64,000 nucleotides of DNA, taken from positions 87,792,001 through 87,856,000 of the forward strand of contig OZ024744.1 of assembly GCA_964016885.1 (NCBI GenBank), in the 5' to 3' direction. Shown one piece after another: positions 54,571 through 64,000 of this stretch. This stretch comes from Eledone cirrhosa (Eukaryota). The translations under genes were made by a program, and so were the position numbers. The notes beneath the pieces were generated by a model. It saw only the letters and a list, made by a program, of their open reading frames with translations, made no database searches and was not told the origin of the DNA. Position 1 is the stretch's first letter, and the number at the start of each line of letters is the position of its first letter.

Positions 54571-54871
54571 CTATCTCTCATATATATATATTGAAGTATT
54601 TCCGTAGGAAAGGTAAAGGAAAAGAGAGCTCTATGTAGGCTACAGAGCTATATATATATATAAATATAAGTATTTATACGTACATACATATATGTATACA
54701 GACGTACAGTAGTATGTATATATATACATACATGCACACATATATATATGTACGTATGGATTCACCGAACATTTATTATAATGCTCGGTGTGTTTGTAAA
54801 CAAACATCCCGAATTAAGCCGTACAGTGTCTAGCAACCATCGTTGCTCATTTGTTCAACACTGACAAAGGA

Positions 54872-54914
54872 ACGCTGTACTAGTTTCAAGCTTATTAGCT
54901 ATCGTCAGCAACGT
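54872..54914 (-). ncRNA. Minimal type I hammerhead ribozyme
   Basis: ACGUUG-CUGACGA-uAGCU(aaua)AGCUu-GAAA-CUAG-UA-CAGCGU; palindromic ACUAGU, GUA cleavage triplet. Confidence 0.86.
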
Positions 54915-55034
54915 ATACCTTCCTGCCAGATTGTTGACCGTCTGAAAGTATATACTTTCCTTATGCATATTAACGGCTGAGCAGCCTATTTTGCATATCG
55001 AGTGAGTTAATCGGCCGGGGTACCGAAAACGATA

Positions 55035-55138
55035 AACGGAAAAAGTGAAACGAAATTTCATTTCTCACTCTTAGTACGGCTGTTACTTAAGCCGTCCTAA
55101 GAGTGAGAAATGAAATTTCGTTTCATTTTTTCCGTTTT
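55035..55138. repeat. ~100-nt fold-back palindrome 5' of the 54872 hammerhead
   Basis: AAACGGAAAAA.TGAAACGAAATTTCATTTCTCACTCTTAG.ACGGCT and its inverse; abuts (TA)n. Confidence 0.88.
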
Positions 55139-55154
55139 TATATATATATATACA

Positions 55155-55206
<52 letters not shown>

Positions 55207-55970
55207 TAGATTGAGTTAGAAACTCAAAATAGTCTTTTACAATTAAATAGCTCAAAAAGGGAATGTTTCCGAGCCGTGTAATATAATTGAATATATGAGA
55301 GGGATGAACACAGACATAACTATACATGTGTTCCAATTTCAATGTTGAAAAATATACTAATTTAAAACAATATGATTTGCCTGACTCCATTTAAAGTAAT
55401 AAATCAATAAAAATAAGAAACCTATATCGGGAAACAGCCTTTGATACCCAGACAGACCTAAATCTGTGTGCATTATATATATATACATACATGCACACAA
55501 AGAAACCGCCTGTTTTTATGATGCCAAATACTAACCGTCAAATTAATCTGGAATCATATTTTATTATTTACCTTCACCTACACATTTATTAGTAAAACAC
55601 CAATATTTCAGGCAACTAGCCACCGACTGCATTGGCAAATATTCACACAGAGTTTTAAAGAGTGAAATAAATTATATGCCATAAATAGGTTTTCTTCATA
55701 CATATCTTGTGATTCAGTAGAACGCAATTTAGGTTATGAACAATAGCGATCCTAAATCTATAATCCATAATCGTTTAGAGTTCGTGTTTAGAATTCGAGT
55801 AATTTAGTGCCCTATATTCAGAATAAGAATGGGAGTATTAGTGGCGTAATGTTCACATGATTTGCGATATTCTTAAAGGACAGTGTGTGCATACATACAT
55901 ACATACATACATACATACATACATACATACATACATAGATACATACATACATACATACATACATACATAC

Positions 55971-56170
55971 GAAACAGCTATGTCGGCGACAAATTTGACA
56001 CCATGTGTCATAACAGACACCTATATCTCGGTGTTACGTTAACAACCAACTTCAAAATTCCGACAATGATAGTATGTTTACATTTGGATGGGAAAGTGAA
56101 GAGTATAAACAGTTAAAATAAATCCTTACCGAAAAATTTCAAACAGAGATTAATTTGTAAATGAAATTTT

Positions 56171-56206
<36 letters not shown>

Positions 56207-57792
56207 TGCAATCCTGCATGTTATCGACGAAATTGGAGGTGAATATTTACGACAAATGAAAGCCCTTATATTTCGGCAAGTTAACTTGTCACTGAGGCCC
56301 CATTCTAGAAAACATCGATTCCTCTGGAGAAAAGTATCTGGTGAGGAAAAGAAATCCAACGAGGACTTAGTGTGATTGAAAGAGATCCGAATGAAACACT
56401 GCCACTGCATTAAATGTCTATATGCCGTAGCAATAACAATGTAACATTATCTTGGTGATAACAAAGATGTTAACAGAAGCAACACAACACGAAAAATGCC
56501 ATCTTATATTAAAAAAAAAAAAAAGTCGCTGTCTCACTGAAAAATACCGGCCATGTGACAACTCTTATTACATGTAAACAAAGACGAAAGAATACACACC
56601 ATCACCAACAAAGAGTGACAAATAGAATAGGAATGAAATTTGGAAGCAGTAGAAGCAGAACTACTTAATATTAGTTGATCATTCTCAAACAAGAACCGAG
56701 AACTGTCAGCGGAAAACTCGAATATAAAAGGAGAATGGTTGAAAGAAAATTGATAAATAAAAGATTTAGTCGTAACCAAACAACATTCTATAGATGTATG
56801 AGGTGCAAAAAAGTAAATCTCACCGAGGCACCATCCTATAAAAATATGGATTCCTTCTGGGGAAAAATATATGGTGAGGAATTAGTGTGGTTGAAAGAGA
56901 TCCGAATGAACTACTACCACTGTATTGGTTGACATTAGCAGAAACAATATTGGTCCCTCTAAACAAAGTTACCCATTTCGCAAAAATAAACAAAAAACTT
57001 TCGACATATTGTGATAACGCAAAGATTTGAACTAATTGACTGGACGTGAGATGAGATCCGAACACTTGATGTTGAAACCTGAAAAGTACTAACCGCCACC
57101 GGAAATACATGTATAAAAAGTTACAGCGATGTGGAGGACATACGCATACATAATATAAAAATGTTTTGGTGGAATGTTCCAGTCAAAACCCCAATAAAAT
57201 TCAAAGATAACAGACTAAATATAGTGATATGGGACAGAGAAAATAAGGCATGCACAGTAGTGGAAATCAGCTGCCCAACAGATGTCAATATAATTCTAAA
57301 GATTAGTGAAACATTTATGCTGAACTAATGAGGAATTCACAGATACTATACCCTGATTATATACATTTAGTTTGTACCAGCGATAATTGGGGCTCTGTGA
57401 TATGTTACTAACTGCTTCAGTACAAGTCTTGAGAAGCTGGGCTTCACAGAACGGAGAAGGACACGGCTAGTTAGTAGCTGCAAGTAGAGACAATTAATGG
57501 AACTGTAAAATATATAAAACATTTAAGAAATTCAGCATGTAATAACTGCTATACACATGTATAGATACAGAAACAAATGTACACGAACTCAAAACATAGA
57601 GATCCACAGATGCAATAACACCCATTCCCACATTTACACGAACACACACACTCACACATACACATACAAACATACACACGTATTAATTAGATGATGTTGT
57701 CTAAATTCCAAAGAAAGAGTTTTGTTTCTATGTTAGAAATCGAATCTCTCTCTATTGGTAAACATTTATAAAATAATAAACCCAGAAGAAGA
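55971..57792 (+). mobile_element. Dong/R4-like RLE LINE, degenerate deleted copy
   Basis: Colinear with 58800-62060; WWNVPVKTPIK..IWDRENKACTVVEISCP. Confidence 0.8.
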
Positions 57793-58076
57793 TACATACA
57801 TAATATGGTGGCTGCAAACCCTGCTCAGAGTATTGCAATTGCTTGTCAGCTTACAGAAAATGGTGCACCATTAGGCTACAGCTAGCCAAACGAACCTGTA
57901 ACATATCCTGAACAAGCAATGCCTGTGCTTTGAAGGTTTTTTAAATGGCGAAAATTCTTACCTACATACAGACATATATAAATACATACGTACGTACGTA
58001 CATACATACATACATACATACATACATACATACATACATACATACATACATACATACATACATACATACATACATA

Positions 58077-61000
58077 CAGTCAGCCATTCAACGCGATCAG
58101 TCGCATATTTTGGCGTGGGAGACTATTTATTAAATTTAAGATAAATACTATCTCCGACAGTAATGCCACAACTCCAGTCATGTTGAATAACTGGGTATTC
58201 TTCTATCTATATACATGGAAGACACCTTTCATTCGAATTCGTAGAGATATCCGATTAAATACATAATTCATTTGACAACGATTTGCTACAAACAGCATGG
58301 CTGAACACAACATCAACAACAATATCAGTGGAATATCAAAGAAAAACGAGAAAGGTAAACAAAATGTATTCAGTTGTAGCTACAGAAGAAACCGAAATTA
58401 TAAATCGCATTTCTCTTGGAGTTGCGAACTTGATGATGATTTATTTAATTGTTATAAAAGGGCAAAACACAATCCCTCCATTGGCTATATGAACAGAATG
58501 AAGCTACACTGGGACGAAATACGTCCAGAATTAAATCACTTCACAGCGAAACAATTACGCCAACAAGCGACGTTTGTCGAGCATAAAAATAAGATAAATA
58601 TTATTAATTGTAAGTCCCCCAGAACAAACATGGAATCAACAACACGTGCCACAGATCGCCATGCTACTAGACTTCCTAGCAGCCAGGTCGAACAGTGCCT
58701 TGAAACAACTATGCTTGTAAGAAACTTGACACCACGTGTACCATCTAAGTCTACCTCGAATGCTGGGGAAAACACTAACGATAATAATAACAATCGAAGA
58801 CATAATAATAATAATCGAAGAAATTTGACACCACGTGTACCATCTGAGTCTACCTCGACTATTGTGGAAAATACTATCGATAATGATAATAATGAAAAGT
58901 ATAAACAATTGAAAATTTCCCTCAACGAAATCTTCCAGAGAGAGAGAAATTAATTCATGTATAAATATCTCTCTTGCTGAACATATTAAAACGACAATAT
59001 TTAATAAAAAAGCAAATAATAAAATTTTATGTGTTAATGACGAAATAGGGGTGAATATTTACGACGGATAAAAACCCCAACATTTTGGCAAATCAACACC
59101 TGTTTATATGCCTTAGCAACGACAGTGAAGCATTATCTTGGTGATAGCAGAGATATTAACAAAAACAAAACACCACTAAAAATAACATCATATATAACAA
59201 AAATAGAAAAAAATATTGCTGATCTACGAAAAACCATAGGACATGTGACAATGCTCCTTACATGCAAACAAACACAAAAAACCTCATTCCTCACCAACAA
59301 AGAGTGAAAATAAAATAGAGACGATGTTTGGTAACTGTAGAACCAGAACTCTTCAATATAAGCTGATCACCCTCAAACAAGAATTGAGAGCTGTTAGCGA
59401 AAAACGCCGGTACCCGAAGAAGGTAGATGAAAGAAAAGAGCTTAATAAAAGATTCAGACGAAACCAAACATCAGTCTATAGAGATATGAAGGGCAAAATA
59501 ATAAGTGTCACTGAGGCCCCATCCCAGAAAAAAATACATTCCTTTTGGAGAAAAATATGGGGTGAAAAGAAGAATTTCAACCAAGATGCAGTGTGGCTAA
59601 AAGAAATCCTACACTACAACAAAAACATACGAAATAAGTGAGGGTAGCATTGAGACTGTAATAGGAAAACTCCAAGATAAGAAAACACCAGGAAGAGACA
59701 TGATTGTCGGCTACTGGTACAAAAAACTGATATTCGATCGGAGGTATCTTACCGACCTCTACCAACAAGTTCTTAAGGGAGATACACTTATACCAGAATG
59801 GTTGACATTAGCACAAACATTACTGGTCCCCAAGAACAAAGACACCCACTTGGCAAAAAACTACCGAACAATTGCATGCCAGAACCTGATGTATAAGATG
59901 TATACAGCCTACCTGAACCTATTCCTCCAAAATCACTGTGAAGATAATAACATCATCACAGATGAACAAGCAGCTGGAAAGAAAGGGGTCTGGTGATGTG
60001 CTGAACAACACCTAATTAACAAAACTGCGATGTCAGAGGTGCGACAAGTTAAGAGGAATATGGCTACAGTCTGGCTGTTCCCCAGCTTGCTTAAGTCCCA
60101 GACATTAATATCATAGAGAAGCTGTTTTCTTCTTGGTCTACTATCCTACAGTTAAAGACAAAGAATGAGGACTCTATTTTCACAGATAAATAAATATATC
60201 GCAGGGGTATATTTCAGGGAGACAGTCTCTCTGTGATATTATTCATCCTGTCATTAAACACCTTGTCCTTTCTGCTCACGAAATGTGAAGGATACATCAT
60301 TGGCTCACAGGAGGACAGAATTTCTTTGTGGATGATATGAAAGTCTATGCCAAGAACATGGATGGGATAAAGAAAAATCTTGATCTGGTTACAACGTTCT
60401 CAAAGGATATAGGAGTTTGGCCAAGATAAATGCTCATATATATCTGCAATGCGGGGAAACAACAGCCCAATCTAGCAACATTGTTTCACCGATATCTGAT
60501 GAGGACTGCTACAGATACCTGGGGATAGATGAGAGCATATCCTATAATGGTATCTGTAATAAGGAACGCGTAACCAGGGAATACTACACCCGATTAAGAA
60601 AGATATGGTCATCGGAACTCTGCGCAAAACAAAACAGTGGCTCAGAATGTGTTTGCTGTGCCTGTCCTAACACCAACTTTTGGAATACTCAATTGAACAA
60701 TAGACGAAATCCGCGCAGTTGATGTTAGAACTCGAAAAATACTAAACAACATCGGAAATTCCACATCAACAGGGACATAGACCGCCTTTACTTGAAACGT
60801 AAGCAGGGAGGCAGAGGCCTTACATCAATCCAGACAGCATTTGAATGTCGCATCATATCCCTCCGACAATATCTACAAACCTCGAAGCGTAGAATCCCGT
60901 CTCTTGAGCAAGTCTATCAGCATGAAACAGATAAGATCATGAGAGTTTGGAAGGACTCCTCGAGAGATATTCCCTGTGTGATAATCAAAAACTCACATCC

Positions 61001-62062
61001 AAGGAAGTCGCTCAGCAGTATCGCAGTGAATCCATGGATGAAAAACTGCATGCTTATCAGCAAAATATCATGCATGGATATGTTGCCAGGAAGCTCCAGA
61101 GTGAGAGTAATATAGATAAGGAAAGTAGTCTATCTTGGACCAACAACAGCTATATTGGCTCCCACTTTGAAGGATACGCTTTTGCAATCCAAGATCAGGA
61201 AATGAACACGAAATACCTGATTCACAAAAGTGATAGGGATGCAGGCAAAACACCTAGATGTGATAACAAGTGCAGACTCTGCAGAACTAACATCGAGGAT
61301 ATCACCCATGCCATAAGCAGCAGCCCAAAGATGTCATCACGGTACTATCTACCTATGAGGCATGATGAGTGGCCAAAACACTGTACAATGCAATCCGTAA
61401 AAAAGATAGCCCCGATAATAAACACATTAAAAGCTACAACAATGTGGAAGACATCCATGTACATAATATGAAAGGGTATTGGTGGAATGTTCCAGTAAAA
61501 ACCCCAATAAAATGCAGGCATAACAGACCAGATATTATGATATGGGACAGGGAAAAGAAAGCATGCACAGTAGTGGAAATTAGCTGCCCAGCAGATGCCA
61601 ATATAATATCAAAGATTAGCGAAGAGGAGAATATTTATGCAGAACTGATGTGAAATCTGCAGTTACTCCACCCTGATTACACCTTCAGATTTATGCCTGT
61701 GATTATTGGCGCAGTGGGGTATGTTAGTAACTGCCTCAATCTTGAGAAGCTAGGCTTCACAGGAACAGAAAGAACACAACTAGTTAGGAAATTACAAGTA
61801 CAATCCATTAATGGAACAGTAAAAATATGTAAATTATTCTAAAAATGTTGCATCTAATAACTGCATATACACATGTACAAAAACAAAGCGTATGCACATA
61901 CACACACAAGCGTATGCACATACAACTCAAAACATCCACATCCACACGTACAATAACATCCATACCTGCACACACATGCATGCATGCAGACATGCAGACA
62001 TATCTACCTAGTTGATGTTGTGTAAATTCCAATGAAAGAGTCTTGCGTCTATGTTAGAAACC
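58077..62062 (+). mobile_element. Dong/R4-like RLE LINE, near full length, with stops and frameshifts
   Basis: GYMNRMKLHW; NYRTIACQN; GIFQGDSLS; FVDD; YRYLG; GGRGL; CRLC..EDITH; RPDIMIWD..VVEISCP. Confidence 0.9.
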
Positions 62063-63030
62063 GATGATATTGATAGACTATACTTCTCATGCATGGAAGG
62101 AAGCCGGGGTCTAAAATCCATATTAACATCATACAAGACCCGAATAGATTTATGAGTATGAAGGAAATAATATCATTAGGATAATCAATGATCTGGAGGA
62201 GAAATATGGAATAAGGCCTGATATAAATCTCTCTCGAGGGAACATTGGAAGATCATATTAAATGTTCGTACAAGATAAACAAATAGACCAATTTACAGAG
62301 AAAGTTGGACATCGGTAGCTGAGGCAAAAACCATAGAGGGGATAGATCATTCAAAAAGCCTGGCATGGAGTCATCGACAAATTTATGACATCCTACCTTG
62401 GAGAATATCTCTATGCAACACGGGAACAAGAAATCCCTACCAAATATCTGCTACACAAAAGAGGAGGACCATCAGTCAACAATAAATGTAAAACAAAGAT
62501 CGAAGATGTTAGCCACATTTTTGCCAACTGCCAAAGAATGTTGTCTCGCTACAACCTCCTCATAAGATACGATGTGATATCTAGAACCAACAAATTTAAA
62601 AACGAATGAGGAGGAATATGTTGAAATAGATGGAACTAAGAAATACTGGTGGAACCTGAAAATAAAAACCGACAGCACATTAAAGCACAGACGACCTGAT
62701 ATTGTTTGGGACCACACATCGAAAACGTGCTCTGTTGGAGAGATCAGCTTCCCGCTTGATGTCAACGTTGTAAGAAAAATACAGGAGAAGAAAAACATCT
62801 ACGGACAAATTGATGAGGAATTTGCAGATCCAGTATCCAAGATACACCTTCACCTTCATACACATCATCATTGGAGACACGGGGTAAAAAAAACCAACCC
62901 GCTTTGACCAAAGTTTAATTGGACTTGGATTTGTGAACAAAGAGCGCAGCTCCCTAAGTCATAGACTAAAAATGGCTGCGGTAGCTTGCACCTTCAAAAT
63001 TTGCAAAACATTCTTGCGATTCAAGGGATG
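62063..63030 (+). mobile_element. Dong/R4-like LINE, more diverged 3' fragment
   Basis: EQEIPTKYL..EDVSHIFANC..RPDIVWD remnants. Confidence 0.7.
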
Positions 63031-63168
63031 ACAATTTCTTTTCTTTTACAACCTTGCCACCAGGGAGGTGGCCAGTCAAAAATGTACTCGAAATTAAGAG
63101 AAAGAGAAAAATACATGCATGCATACATACATACATAAACACACACATACATATACACATATGTATAT

Positions 63169-63249
<81 letters not shown>

Positions 63250-63269
63250 ACATGTATATTTATATATAC

Positions 63270-63316
<47 letters not shown>

Positions 63317-63363
63317 TATACATATATATATACATATATATATACATACTATGTAGACGTCGA

Positions 63364-63477
<114 letters not shown>

Positions 63478-63863
63478 TACATATGTATGTGTATATGTAT
63501 GTATGTATGTATGTATACATGTATGTATATGTAACAAAAGCATGTTAAAATAAATAAATGTATAAATAAGTAAAACTAAACGAAAATGCCTATAAAAATA
63601 AAATGGAAACGGATGTGAGGTTTTATGATACAAGAAACAAATGGCTATTGACGGCTGACCACAGTAAACGGGCACTTCAGTATATACTAAGAGCGTTTAT
63701 GATCGAGATGGTGTATAACTGTAATGTAAACAGACACAGCAGCACACGACGATGAATAAGGAGGAGAAACTTAATAGTAAACCGAACAAAGACAATAGAT
63801 ATATTTACTTAACTACCTATCTATCTATTTGTATGTCTTTCTGTCATTTTCTTCTGTATATAC

Positions 63864-63903
<40 letters not shown>

Positions 63904-63915
63904 GCACCACCCCAT

Positions 63916-63952
<37 letters not shown>

Positions 63953-64000
63953 TGCACACACACGCACGCACACACACATATATATATATATAATTCAAAA

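Noticed and set aside
58720-58895. Internal repeat RNLTPRVPS in the LINE ORF
   Set aside because: Ordinary tandem duplication in a variable N-terminal region.

Overview
AT-rich, microsatellite-dense eukaryotic repeat DNA, probably from an octopus or other coleoid cephalopod (inferred from the dominant SINE; not verified). I found no convincing host-gene exon. The window holds decayed retroelements: two Penelope-like (PLE, GIY-YIG) loci, Tx1/L1-like LINEs, CRE and Dong/R4-like RLE LINEs, and about 17 copies of one SINE. It also has an internally deleted Helitron and several MITEs. The main unexplained signal is at least 12 type I hammerhead ribozymes with intact CUGANGA/GAAA cores, plus 4 with mutated cores. 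Most are minimal, with a palindromic stem III. They sit in short non-coding elements of several sequence families next to (TA)n or (CA)n repeats. These elements share fold-back 5' inversions, two are head-to-head palindromes with a ribozyme on each arm, and several have a GAGYRCTY motif 60-75 nt past the cleavage site. A protein-coding PLE here has the same head-to-head geometry, which suggests a diverse non-autonomous ribozyme-retroelement (retrozyme-like) system that uses PLE machinery. All folds and coordinates were read by eye.
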